Positions 1 to 13,099 are shown, counted from the stretch's first letter. The stretch is 64,000 bases of DNA from Octopus vulgaris (GCA_951406725.2 OX597827.1:14570001-14634000), one strand, 5' to 3'. Numbers and translations are program-made. The notes: generated from the sequence alone by a model not told the origin.

Positions 1-324
1 TTTATTGAAAACAAACACAGAAAAAAAACTAAGAAAAAATATATTTCTCAAAAGAAATTATCGATTGTCAAGTACGCCCCCGCTGCATTTTATTTTTTTA
101 ATAATTACATATTACGAAAGGGGTCATAAATATTTATTGATTCCATCAAAAGGGGTCATGATAGCAAAGGGCTGGTAACCAGTTGTAGAATATCCTGGTT
201 ATTTTATTACCATGGAATTACAATAGGAAGGGTAAGACCAAAACTATACAACTCACACACCCCTCCTGCCGCTACCAAATCGAGGTTTTGTGCCCTATGT
301 TAAACATCATTCATATCATTCACT

Positions 325-543
325 AGTAGAAGTGGTGGTGGTGCTGGTGGTGCTGGTGGTGGTAGGGGTAGTAGTAGTAGTAGTAGTAGTAGTAGAAATG
401 GTGGTGGTTGTGGTAGTAGAGGTGATGGCAGTAGTAGTAGTAGTAGTAGAAGTTGTAGTAGTAGTAGTAGTAGTAGTAGAAGAAATGAAGTGGTGGTGGT
501 GGTGGTGGTGGTAGAGGTGATGGCAGTAGTAGTAGTAGTAGTA

Positions 544-577
<34 letters not shown>

Positions 578-654
578 AAGTAGTAGAAGAAGAAGAAATG
601 GTGGTGGTGGTGGTGGTAGTGGTGATGGCAGTAGTAGTAGTAGAAGAAGTTGTT

Positions 655-685
<31 letters not shown>

Positions 686-732
686 AAGAAGAAATGGTGG
701 TGGTGATGGTAGTAGTAGTAGTAGTGGTAGTG

Positions 733-763
<31 letters not shown>

Positions 764-852
764 AAGAAATGGTGGTGGTGGTGATGGTAGTAGTAGTAGT
801 AGTAGTGTTGGCGGTGGTGGTGGTGGTGGTGGTGGTGGTAGTAGTAGTAGTG

Positions 853-895
<43 letters not shown>

Positions 896-945
896 CGGTT
901 GCGGCGGTGGTGGCGGTGGTGGCAGTAGCAGCGGTGTTGGTGGTC
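325..945. repeat. Compound (GTA)n/(GTG)n microsatellite with recurring higher-order unit
   Basis: Triplet runs punctuated by a recurring agaaatggtggtgg...gtgatggcagtag motif; explains the poly-Val/poly-Thr ORFs. Confidence 0.95.
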
Positions 946-1174
946 ACAGGATCAGTTTTTGTCTCACCACCAGCCACTCCACTTCACATATCTCATATAT
1001 CCAGATAGCATTAGCAACAGCAATAGCAGTAACTGTGGCAGAAGCAGTCACAGACTTTCCACAATATGCATTCTATCGCGTTGACTCTGTTTAGCTTCAG
1101 ATATAAATATTTTGTAGTACAACATGTTCATAGCTTAATGCGATGATGTGATTGCAACTTTCTATGCGCTTGTA

Positions 1175-1204
1175 AGTATAAGTATATGTATGTATACATG
1201 TATG

Positions 1205-1243
<39 letters not shown>

Positions 1244-1415
1244 ATATGTATATATACAGATGTATATGCAAATATATAGAGAAATATATGTGTGTGTGTG
1301 TGTGTGAGTGTGTATGCATATACACACACACATATGGTTGAGTGTATATATATATATGTGGGGGGGTGTATGTATGTATATATATATGTATGTCTTTTTA
1401 TATATAGATAGACAT

Positions 1416-1468
<53 letters not shown>

Positions 1469-1522
1469 CATACATACATATACATATACAGATGTATATT
1501 ATATATATAGTACATACATCGA

Positions 1523-1567
<45 letters not shown>

Positions 1568-1630
1568 TATACATAAATATATGCATATATTGTATATACA
1601 TAAATATGTATGTATATATATAGTATATAC

Positions 1631-1670
<40 letters not shown>

Positions 1671-1688
1671 TATTCATAAATATATATG

Positions 1689-1738
<50 letters not shown>

Positions 1739-2394
1739 GTATATACACACACATATATACATACCTATATAAATATAACATATACATATATATATGTATA
1801 TGCACACATATATATACATACCTATATAAATATAACATATACATATATATATATGTATATGTTATACATATATATACATACCTATATAAATATAACATAT
1901 ACATATATATACGTATTCATATAGGTAAAATATTCACATATATACACAAACAAGGACACATACACCAAATGCATTTACACAAAGTACAGAACCCCACAAA
2001 CACACACATAGACATACATGTGTGAACACACACAGACACACACACACATGTATATATGTAATTTTCTCTCTTGCATTAAGCAATCTTAGTGTATTTCACA
2101 TACACATGTTGTCTCACAGACCCCATTGTAAATATTGAAATTTATAACGGCCTAAATAAGTTATAGAAATATTTTTTTTATTATTTCCATTTTGTAATTG
2201 GAATTAAACATAAATATAAAATTGATAACTGAAGTTAAAATACATTACTTGAAGCAATCCTATTACAAATAGCTGGCTGTTTTATTTTTTCTTCATCTTG
2301 GAATCAAAATAAAATATGAAATGAAATTTTAATTAAATATATTTTGCATATACACACATACACATGTAAATATGTGTTTATATATATATGTCTA

Positions 2395-2430
<36 letters not shown>

Positions 2431-2965
2431 AACATATGTATACACAGACACACAGACATATGTGTGTGCATATGTATATACATACATGCGTGTGCGTATT
2501 TATATATATATATACACACACGTATATATATATGTACTATATACATATCATGTATGATATATATACATATATAAATCTATATATGTATATACATGTATGT
2601 ATATATATATATGTGTGTGTATATATATGTGTGTGTATATATATGTGTGTGTCTATATATGTGTGTGTGTATATATGTGTGTGTGTATATATATATATGT
2701 AAATATATGTGTGTGTATATATATGTATATATACACATATATATATATGCAATATGCATGTGTGTGTCTATATATTTATTTGCATATATATATATATATT
2801 TATATGCATATATTTATATATATATATATACACATGTATACACATATATGTGTGTATATATATATATACATATACATGTATACACATATAAGTGTGTATA
2901 TATATATGTGTGTATATATATACACATGTATACACATATATGTGTGTATATATATATATACATAC
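1175..2965. repeat. (TA)n/(CA)n/(GATA)n microsatellite field with three ~57-60 bp minisatellite units near 1750-1910
   Basis: Direct reading; cctatataaatataacatatacatata recurs at ~1764, 1821, 1881. Confidence 0.95.
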
Positions 2966-2969
2966 ATAC

Positions 2970-3400
2970 AGATGTGGCTGTATGGTAAGAAGTTTGCTTC
3001 ACAACCACATATATAGTCCTGGGTTCTGCCCCTCAGCATGATACTTGGGCAAGTGTCTTCTATTATAGCCCGATGCCAACCACAGTCTTCTGAGTAGATT
3101 CAATAGATGGAAACAGAAAGAAGCTTGTCATAGTACACACACATATATATATATATATATATAATAAAACGAATGGTTTACACCTTCTGTCTTTCCTTTG
3201 CCATATATATATATATATATATGTGTGTGTACGTGTGTGTGTGTGTGTGTGTGTGCGTGTGTACATATAAATCTGTGAATGTTCATATGTTACTGTTTCC
3301 TCTTGATATTGTGTGATATCCTAAAAAAATATCATTCATTTCCAATATTCTGCTAAAATATGATTGACCATGGGAAAATATTACCTTGGTTTGAAATACA
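2970..3400 (+). mobile_element. Degenerate SINE, family-A head with alternative body
   Basis: gtggctgtatggtaag...cttgggcaagtgtcttc head; 3270-3400 resembles the reverse complement of 53110-53250. Confidence 0.6.
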
Positions 3401-3402
3401 TA

Positions 3403-3442
<40 letters not shown>

Positions 3443-3562
3443 TATATATATATACTATATATATACATATGTATATATATGTATGTATATATATAGTATA
3501 TATAGTATATAAAGGCAAAGTAACAATGTAGAGAGCATGAAATACCAGAAAGTTCAAATAAG

Positions 3563-3644
<82 letters not shown>

Positions 3645-3670
3645 AATGTATATATATATATATAATATGT

Positions 3671-3877
3671 ATGTATATTTCGTTTTGGGATTTGGTTTGC
3701 AAGATTCTTTATAGGAGTTCGTGTGTTGAAGCATATTCTGTTGTGTCTGGAGAGAGTCATTTTCTTTTTGTGCCTTATAAATGTAACACACTCACAGGTA
3801 AAATTTCCACTTATTTACCGGTGAGTGTGTTACATTATAAGGCACAAAAAGAAAATGGCTCTCCCCAGACACAACAG
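3671..3877. mobile_element. (TA)n-flanked island with ~65 bp inverted repeat (3738-3802 / 3814-3877), Penelope-like remnant
   Basis: Arms align as reverse complements with few mismatches; homologous to 60180-60450. Confidence 0.7.
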
Positions 3878-4384
3878 TATATATATATATATATATATAT
3901 ACATACATACATACATACATACATACACATATATATATGTTTAGATATATATGTATGAATACAGATAGGTGTATGTATATGTACTGTGCACAGCACAGTA
4001 CGAATCAAAAGTGTTAAAATAAATACAAGTACTAAAATGCCTAGTTGGAGCATAACTATAAAATTTTGAACACATTTCTCTCTGTTCTTTTGATGTGTGG
4101 AAAAGAGTAGAGTATTTCCTGACAGATTGTTCTGGATTTCCCTTTTCTCTCAACAGCATAGAATATACAGTCATTATGTAAAGCAATCATAAATTAGACT
4201 ATCCCCATAGTGGAAAGCTTACTCTGTGTATTTGTGCTTTTGATGGCTTGTTGTTAATTGAATGATATACGTTTCTTGCACAACACAGTACATATGAGGA
4301 GAACTGAATATGAACATTTTTAAATGCCTAGCTATGCAAGAAAAAATATATAAATGCAATAACATTCATTCTATAATTTTGATA

Positions 4385-4429
<45 letters not shown>

Positions 4430-4431
<2 letters not shown>

Positions 4432-4591
4432 TTATTTTATAGAACGAGCTTCTACAGGACTAGAACTGTTTCATTTCTTTTGAATGAAACAGTTCTTGTC
4501 CTGTAGAAGCTCCTTCTATAAAATAAATTAATTTACTCTGCTATGTATTGAGTACCTTATTTACTGTGGTTAACCCCGACTCAACCCGGGA

Positions 4592-4593
<2 letters not shown>
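4430..4593. mobile_element. (TA)n-flanked island with 46 bp inverted repeat (4430-4475 / 4483-4528), Penelope-like remnant
   Basis: Two mismatches between arms; right arm contains GAAACA-gttct-TGTC, resembling the 3' half of a hammerhead. Confidence 0.65.
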
Positions 4594-4634
<41 letters not shown>

Positions 4635-4860
4635 GGCAGCGAGCTGGCAGAAACGTTAGCACACCGGGTGAAATGCGTAGCCGTATTTTGTCTGCCGTTA
4701 CATTCTGAGTTCAAATTCCGCTGAGGTAGACTTTGCCTTTCGTTCTTTCGGTGGCGATAAATAAAGTACCAGTTACGCACTGGGGTCGATGTAATCGACT
4801 TAATCCCTTTGTCTGTCTTTGTTTGTCCCCTCTATGTTTAGCCCCTAGTGGGCAATAAAG

Positions 4861-4864
<4 letters not shown>
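4635..4864 (+). mobile_element. SINE family B, monomer
   Basis: ggcagcgagctggcagaaacgttagc (A-box-like), gagttcaaattcc (B-box-like), tail gggcaataaagaaata; many copies in window. Confidence 0.9.
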
Positions 4865-4914
<50 letters not shown>

Positions 4915-5054
4915 GTATGTATGTATATATATATGTGTGCATGAATGTGTATAGTGGAATTTGAACTCAAAATGTAAAGATGGATGAAATACCACTCAGC
5001 ATTTTTCCCAGTGAGCTAACAAAATTGCTTACTCATCACCTTAAATTCAGTTAT

Positions 5055-5396
5055 AACAAAAGCATTCAGAGAGTGCAAACCTCTGCCAAGGCAACAGCAA
5101 CGTCCTCTCAATGATTAGCCAGAGATGACTTTTAAAATGAGAATATCTGAAATAAACTCGACTGCTTTCACAAATGAAAATACTAATAAATGAACCCGAA
5201 ACAGGAAAAATAATCCAGAATCCTTGTCCGGTACCGGATCGATCCCAAAATCTAATCAGTTCATGCCAGTCTCGAGGCCTGAAAGTTTCATCCGAATCCA
5301 TCCAGCGGTTCTTGAGATATCTTGTCCACAGACAAACAAACAAACAAACAAGCATGACTGAAAACAATACCTCTGCCTTCGTTAAGGCGGAGGTAA
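5055..5396 (-). mobile_element. Helentron-associated (HINE/DINE-1-like) non-autonomous element
   Basis: Minus strand: 5' hairpin tacctccgcctt-aacg-aaggcagaggta, (TTTG)n near 5' end, subterminal inverted ggcagaggt and 3' hairpin gcactc-tct-gaatgc. Confidence 0.7.
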
Positions 5397-5599
5397 TTAA
5401 AACCATTTGAAAAATGACTCAATATTTTTTGTACAGCGTAAAATAATATATTTATTTTTGACTGTCCAACAAAGGCTAGCAGGTCAAGATTTCAAAGTCA
5501 CTGTTACCATCTTTCTTGTAGGAGTATTATAAATATATACAAGTGTGTGTGTGCATACATACATATATGGGAAGGTGCATGGCTCAATGACTAGAGCAT

Positions 5600-5742
5600 A
5601 ACTGGTACTTATTTTATCAACCCCAAAAGGATGAAAGGAAAAGTCGACCTCGGTGGAATTTGAACTCAGAACGTAATGGCAGACGAAATACCGCTAAGCA
5701 TTTCGCCCGGCGTGCTAACGTTTCTACCAGCTCGCTGCCTTT
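5600..5742 (-). mobile_element. SINE family B, 5' part
   Basis: Reverse complement of the family B head and core. Confidence 0.85.
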
Positions 5743-6545
5743 AAGGCTATTCTGGGAGACACTTGTCCAATCTACTATGCAGGACATCAAACTCACACTC
5801 ACATAGTTGGAAACGAATTTCTTAACCATGCTGCCAAACTCTTGTGCCAATTGCACTGGAAAGCTCCAAGTTCCATTTTGTGTGTGCAGTATGACTTCAT
5901 AGCACAAATATTATTGTATTATACAGATCTAACATTGCCTTAGAGAAATCCACAACATATCTATCCCTCCCTCCTACTGTGATTCTATAGATAGGCATAG
6001 AATCACCTGAAGCACTAACAACTAGCAGAAGAGAAGGGAAAAATAATGTCCTTATCATAAGTTTCAGATAAAGGGTTGAAATATTCTGATATTCTGTGGT
6101 TTCAATTTTTTGCTTACTTATGTGTCATCATACAGCTGTACTCTTCGTTATTTTTTTTTTTTTGTCTTTTGTGTATAATTTTTAAGTAAAATGTAGATAT
6201 TTAGTTGATCTAAAGCTATTGTTATTGAGAAATTCTGCATTTTGTGTATAATTGTTTCTTTAACAAATTTGTACCCTAAAGCATATCCATACACTTCATG
6301 ATAAGCTATTATCTTCCTTTTATTCCTCTCTAGCAGGCATGCGATTCAGAGTTAGTCATGCCTATTCATGGAACTTAAGGTGTTTTACCCCGTGGAAATG
6401 TGTGTGCATGCCTGTGTGTACATACACGCACATATGTGTATGTATATATATATATATATACACATACATTTATATATACATATATACAGATATATAGATA
6501 TATATATATATATACACACATTTATATATACATATATACAGTCAT

Positions 6546-6596
<51 letters not shown>

Positions 6597-7067
6597 ATGT
6601 ATCTACATGTGTGTGTATGTGTGTGCATATGTATGTATAGATACACACACACACATACTCGTATATATTTATGTGTGTTTGTGTATTTATGTAGTGGCTG
6701 GTTAAGAATGGTTAATCAAAATACATGTAGTTTACAAAGTGGCATTTTGGTAATTCAAGGAATTTGTCTGGAGGAAAACAAATTCTTGCAAAATCTAGTC
6801 GCAATTCTTTGTTAGAACCTTTTCATTTTACTCATGCGCCACAAAAGATTTTGGTGAAGTCGAGAATTTTCAAATTCCAGTTTCTGCTCTGGGAATTTCT
6901 AATTCCATGTTCATCTAACAATGTATCAATATTTTCTAGTATCACCACTTATTCAAACTTCAACAAAATTAATATTATCTTAACCCTCCCAGACATGGTC
7001 CCCTACGTCTAACTTTACACTCACCACCATCTGAGTGGCTGAGAAAAAAAAAAAAAATCTTGCACAG

Positions 7068-7480
7068 GGATGTAGGAATGGCTGTGTGGTAAGTAGCTTG
7101 CTTACAAACCACATGGTTCCGGGTTCAGTCCCACTGCGTGACACCTTGGGCAAAGTGTCTTCTACTATAGCCTCAGGCCAACCAAAGCCTTGTGAGTGGA
7201 TTTGGTACACGGAAACTGAAAGAAGCCCATCATATATATGTATATGTATATATGTATGTGTGTGTATATTTATGTGTCTGTGTTTGTCCACCCCAACATT
7301 GCATGACAACTGATGCTAGTGTGTTTACATCTCCGTAACTTAGCAGTTCGGCAAAAGAGACTGATAGAATAAGTACTAGGCTTACAAAGAATAAGTCCTG
7401 GGGTTGATTTGCTCGACTAAAGGTGGTGCTGCAGCATGGCCACAGTCAAATGACTGAAACAAAGTAAAAGAGTAAAAGAG
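7068..7480 (+). mobile_element. SINE family A, full length
   Basis: tggctgtgtggtaag (A-box-like), ggttcagtccc (B-box-like), accttgggcaagtgtc, internal TA/TG tract, tail cagcatggccacagtcaaatgactgaaac(aagag)n. Confidence 0.92.
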
Positions 7481-7485
7481 AGAGT

Positions 7486-7762
7486 AGGGACAAGGATAGC
7501 TGTGTGAAGAAGTGCCGCACTCTAATAATTTGTGAAGGGGTGGACTCAGGAAGACATGGGACATGGTGGTGAATCAGGATCTTTGAATGTTGGGCCTCAC
7601 AGAGGCAATGACAAGTGACCAAGACATTTGGTGATATGCCATGCTTGAAAAGACCCGTCAAGCCAAATGATGTTGTAGTCATAGGCAACGCTCGTGTCAC
7701 ATGGCGAGCATATAAATAGCATCCTTCAAATGTTGGGAAACATGCTGTGCTCGAAAAGACCT
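7486..7762 (+). mobile_element. RTE-clade LINE, decayed ORF C-terminus plus start of 3' UTR
   Basis: Manual translation with frameshift/stops: DSCVKKCRTL...RKTWDMVVNQDL*MLGLTEAMTSDQDIW*YAMLEKTRQAK*, matching the RTE GRP.K.W...D...W C-terminal pattern. Confidence 0.75.
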
Positions 7763-8223
7763 GGGTGTGGGTGTGTATGAAAGAGAGAGAGAAAGAGTGT
7801 GTGTGTGTGTGAGAGAGAGAGGGGAATGTGTGTGTACGTGTGGGAGAGAGCGTGTGTGTGTATGAGAGAGAGAGAGAAAGACGTGTTCGCATGTGTCTTA
7901 ATGTTTGCGATTTGTTTGATCCATCACAGCTTGTCAACCAGTGTTGGTTTGCTTACATCCTCGTAACTTAGCAGTTCAGCAAAACAGACCGATAGAATAG
8001 GTGTCAGATATAAAAACAAGTACTACGTCGACTTGTTCAACAAAAGGCTTTAAGATCGTGTTCCAGCATGGCCGCAGTATACACATTGTGTTATGCTAAT
8101 TCTGTCTGAGAATTACGTTTAGGCCATACATATCTGTGGAATACTCAACCACTTATATGCTAATCCAGGAGAAGGTAATTCAGTTGATGAAATAATAGCC
8201 AGAAACTGTGTGGGAGACCATCA

Positions 8224-8254
<31 letters not shown>

Positions 8255-8359
8255 TTTATTTTTTATTTTATCTAGTTTCAGCTCACGAGCTGTGGCCATG
8301 ATGGGGCACCGCCATTCTTGTATTCTTGTATTCTTTTATTATTTTATTCCATTATGTGT

Positions 8360-8559
8360 CTCAGTCATTTGACTGCGGCCATGCTGGAGCATCACCTTAA
8401 AGAGTTTTAGTCGAAGAAATCCACCCCAGGACTTACTCGTTGTAAGCCTAGTACTCATTCTATCAGTTTCTTTTGCCAAACCACTAAGTTACAGGGACAT
8501 AAACACACCAGCCTCAGTTGTCAAATGATGGCAGGGGACAAAGACACACACATAAATAT

Positions 8560-8590
<31 letters not shown>

Positions 8591-8758
8591 AATGACAAGC
8601 TTCTTTCAGTTTCCATCTACCCAAATCCACTTACAAGGCTTTGGTCAGTCAGAAGCTATAGTAGAAGACGCTTGCACAAGGTTCCAGGCAGTAGGATTGA
8701 ACTCAGAACCATGTAGTTGGGAAGCAAGCTTCTTGCTACACAGTCACGCCTGTGCCTA
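8360..8758 (-). mobile_element. SINE family A, diverged
   Basis: Reverse complement of family A over the full length. Confidence 0.88.
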
Positions 8759-8780
8759 TGCATTAATATATATATATTTA

Positions 8781-9197
8781 GGGCGGCGAGCTGGCAGAAT
8801 CGTTAGCATGCCGGACGAAATGCTTAGCAGTATTTCGTCTGTTGTTATGTTCTGAGTTCAAATTCTGCCAAGGTCGACTTTGCCTTTCGTCCTATCGGGG
8901 TCGATTAAATAAGTACCAGTTATGCACTGGGGTTGATGTAATAGACTTAATCCCTTTGTCTGTCCTTATTTGTCTCCTCTGTGTTTAGCCCCTTGTAGGT
9001 AGTAAAGAAATAGGTATTTCGTCTGCTGTTATGTTCTGAGTTCAAATTCCACCGACGTCAACTTTGCCTTTCATCCTATCGGGGTCGATTAGATAAGTAC
9101 CAGTTATGCACTAGGGTTGATGTAATCGACTTAATCCCTTTGTCTGTCCTTATTTGTCCCCTCTGTGTTTAGCCCCCAGTGGGTAATAAAGAAATAA
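8781..9197 (+). mobile_element. SINE family B dimer (one head, two body units)
   Basis: Second unit starts at the junction aaagaaata|ggtatttcgtc (~9013). Confidence 0.9.
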
Positions 9198-9459
9198 ATA
9201 TATTTATATATGGCAGTGCCCCAGCATGGCCACAGCTTGTGAGCTGAAACTAAATAAAATTTAAAAAAATAAATATTAATATATGTCTGCAGGTATGTAA
9301 ACATTTGTATATCATTCACACACACACACACACAGACATATATATATATTGACAAAGTAAGTAAACATTGACAAGGGAGCCGCCAAAAAAATAATCAAGG
9401 ATTCTGTGAACAAACTCTTTTGTGATGGTTGTTCTGCTTCAAGTTAGACACACCCTTAC

Positions 9460-9544
9460 CATTTTTGCCACTAGAAATGCAAAGAACAAGCCACAGGCCA
9501 GTCAGAATACTGTAAACAACGATGCTTTTGTTCACAATTTGCAT
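9460..9544 (-). CDS. Candidate first coding exon encoding a signal peptide (secreted or membrane protein)
   Basis: ATG at 9544; MQIVNKSIVVYSILTGLWLVLCISSGKN plus 1 nt, then G|GTAAGG donor (phase 1); lies in a ~1 kb stretch free of recognisable TEs with a GA-rich upstream leader. No homology evidence. Confidence 0.5.
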
Positions 9545-10570
9545 AAGATCGAAAAATTAAATAATTGTAAAATATGCAATGATGAATAAGCCTCTCTCTT
9601 TCTCTCTCTCTCTCTCTCATTCTTTTCTCTCTAGAAGCTTCTTCTGTATCTGTCTGTCTCTATCTCAGCCCTTCTTTAGCTGTTCCTCTCCCTGTATTTT
9701 ACAAGCTTCCACATTCCTGGAATCCAGTAAAGTATACACACATATATAAAAATCCTCTATACACACATGATTGATTTTACTACATGCAAAGTCAATATGT
9801 GCTTAAAGAGTGTTAGCAACACATCAGACTTTTTTCTTATTTTACTTCAAAGTAATTTCCAATGATAAGATTACCAAGCAAACATTTAACTTCAATTTCA
9901 AGTTGAACAGAAGCAGCATATCTACAATAATAGAGATCTGATTTTATATCTGTATATATATTTTTATGTTTTTTTTTGTTTTTGTTTGTTTGTTTTTTTG
10001 TTATTGACCCTAACAAATTATATCAAATATTTCTGAAATATATCCATCAAATATCATTGAATATTTTAATCCATTTACATTAAGATATTTCTAAAATATA
10101 TTTGCTTATTGATTTGCCTACTGGCTTTCCATGAAATTATCCTCAAACTCAAAATATTGATTTGTTTTTAAGCACATACTTTCAGATTTATAGCATGGGA
10201 AAATGAGATTTTCAGATATGTTCATAACTTTTTCAAGGGCATTTGTATTTGCTATACAACTGAAATGAAGTAATTTCAAATGGGATTGCAAATAAGGATA
10301 TGGAATCAGTATTTCGAAAAACTTCTCTCAATTCTACAACATTCAACTCAATATCAAAATTCTTTTTATTTTTTTTCCATTTTTTTTTCTTTTAATTATT
10401 CATTATTAGTAGAAGCAGCAAAGAGTGGAAAAATCAGTTTGTTTTGAAACCACATCAATGAGTCCAGTCACACAGTGTGGCATGTTTAAGACAATTGGCT
10501 ACTTTTCTAGCCTGGGTTTACCAATGCTTTTGGAGTGGAATTTGGGAGACAAAAGCAGTGCAGAACCCAA

Positions 10571-10601
<31 letters not shown>

Positions 10602-10708
10602 AATAAATAAATACATATCTACATACATTCACGCATACATGCATACACATATGTATCTATATCTAATCTATCTATCTAGCTAATATGCATATATATACAT
10701 ATATATAT

Positions 10709-10890
10709 AAAGTTAATCCAAACAAGAAAGCACAAAAAAACACAACACGAGGACGTGGAACAAATATAGTATTATTGGACGCTCAGGAAAGAAGGAAAGA
10801 AGGAGGGTTTAACGTTTCAAGCAGAGCTCTTCGTCGGAAACATAGGAAAAGGAAAGATCCAGAGAAGGGAAGACAGAGGGAAAAAAATCG
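10709..10890 (-). mobile_element. (TA)n-flanked Penelope-like terminal-repeat remnant
   Basis: Unique-looking island between TA runs that contains a minimal hammerhead-like motif. Confidence 0.6.
10807..10841 (-). ncRNA. Minimal hammerhead-like motif (degenerate)
   Basis: gttt CCGACGA a gagc-tct-gctt GAAAC GTT aaac: stem I and II pair; core has U4C. Confidence 0.55.
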
Positions 10891-10898
10891 AAAAAAAA

Positions 10899-10930
<32 letters not shown>

Positions 10931-10934
10931 CATA

Positions 10935-11425
10935 CAGGGTGAGGTGAATAAACTGCCATCTAAATTACACAAAAATGAAAACAGCACTGACATCTCATTT
11001 TAACAGAAATATTTACCAAAATTACTTTAAAATATATTGAAATACTAAAAGAGTAAATTAATTCAATAAAATCTCCATTGGCTTCAAACACAGCCTTCAG
11101 ATGACTTTGGAATTTACTGCAACTCTTCTGGGCAGTCTTCTTGTTTAAGTTGGTGAAAGCTGCCATAATCCTTGCCTTCAGTTCATCTTTGGTGTTACAA
11201 GGAGTTTTGTTAGTCTCTCACTCAACTGCACCCCACACATAATAACCAAGGGGGTTGCAGACGTTAGGTGGCCAGATGTTAGGGGTGATGTGGTAGCAGA
11301 AATTGTCTAACAACCATGACTGGGTTCTCCTGTTTGTGTAGCATGGTGCAGAGTCCAGTTGCCAGACATAGGGTTTTCCAGTCGTCACCCACTTGACCCA
11401 GGGAAACACTGCCTTCTCCAGGCAC
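10935..11425 (-). mobile_element. Tc1/mariner maT (DD37D-type) transposon, 3' end with decayed transposase
   Basis: TA|CAGGGTG terminus; WQLDSAPCYT...IWPPNVCNPLGYYVWGAVE*ETNKTPCNTKDELKARI...EANGDFIE; restoring SPD for V and D for G gives 37 residues between the last two catalytic Asp. Confidence 0.85.
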
Positions 11426-11616
11426 ATACACATGCTTGCATGCCCATGACAAAGTCAAAGGAGGAGTAGTGAATGATATCTACAATAAATCTTTAATTTT
11501 ACCAAAAATGTATTTACAGACAAAAATGGAAATCCAAAAGCTACATCAACTATTACCAAGTCTAAATGATAAAGAGAGATAGTCTTAAGAAATAAACAAG
11601 AACGGACAAAATGAAA

Positions 11617-11662
11617 ACTATGAACACATGTTCCAGCCTTGATATGACCTCATCAGCATAAT
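11617..11662 (-). ncRNA. Type I hammerhead-like motif
   Basis: attatg CTGATGA ggtc-atatcaa-ggct GGAAC atgt GTT catagt: all three stems pair, single core change A13G. Confidence 0.55.
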
Positions 11663-11884
11663 GTTGTCCTTACAATAAGGAGTTCAGCACAATTATGAAT
11701 CAAATGTAGTTTGCATAATTAAAACTAAGAGGAGCTACAAGAATATAACCCAAAAGAGCCAGAGGCATGGATTTTAGTAAGATTGTCAAACATATTGTGG
11801 TGAGAAATTTGCTTTCCAATGATGTAGTTTAAAGTTCAGTCCCACAGCATGGTGGTACCTTAGGCAAGTGTCCCCTGATATGTC

Positions 11885-12262
11885 TTGTGCAGATTAGTTA
11901 CAGTTAAGTTCAGTTCAAAAGACACTTGGGTTTCAGTTGCACAAGATCACCTTGATTGTGTCGAAAACGATGAAAACCTTTTGAAAACTTTGTGTAAGAC
12001 TCTGAGCAGGTATCATCAAGCTTTTGACAAAATTCGATGCAGATTTTCTGCTCAACTTTCTCTGTCATGGTCAATGCAAGGATCACATGCTACACACCTT
12101 CCATCCAAGTACGGCTGTAAACAGTAGAAGTAAGCTAGAATATCAAAACTTAGTGCACATACACAACAGAGTTCAAAGGTCAATCTGTGCCCAGTGGCTT
12201 CACTGTGCATGTTTTAGCTTCGTTGCTATGGCAACAGTCTGGATACTTATTGATCAGACCAC
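11885..12262 (-). mobile_element. Rearranged mariner-derived element
   Basis: Minus-strand terminus TA|CGTGGTCTGATCAATAAG; transposase N-terminus MTEKVEQKICIEFCQKLDDTCSESY from 12068 (-); inverted internal piece KDTWVSVAQDHLDCVENDENLLKTL on +. Confidence 0.75.
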
Positions 12263-12264
12263 GT

Positions 12265-12720
<456 letters not shown>

Positions 12721-13011
12721 TTCATTACAAATCTTAATTGTAGATTGAGTACAGTAGAGTTCAATAACATATTCAAGGTATTATAAGTGCAGAGTCAATG
12801 GTTCTTTTGTTGACCAGGTGGCGCTTAGAATAGTACATTTGTTTCAATATGTTCATATTTAGTAGTTAAAGGGATACTGGAATGTACTGAAACAATTGGA
12901 CTATTGTAAGCATCACCTGGCTAATGAAAGAAATATATGTGCATACTTGTGCACATACCAGTGTACATGTGTGTCTACATACATACATACACACAGATAT
13001 ATATATATATA

Positions 13012-13099
<88 letters not shown>

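Noticed and set aside
290-1008. Poly-Thr (mucin-like) and poly-Val ORFs
   Set aside because: Translation of a triplet microsatellite; in-frame stop just upstream on minus, non-ATG start and no credible acceptor.
6310-6385. Plus-strand acceptor and short exon (similar case at 4135-4180)
   Set aside because: Weak donors and no supporting coding signal.
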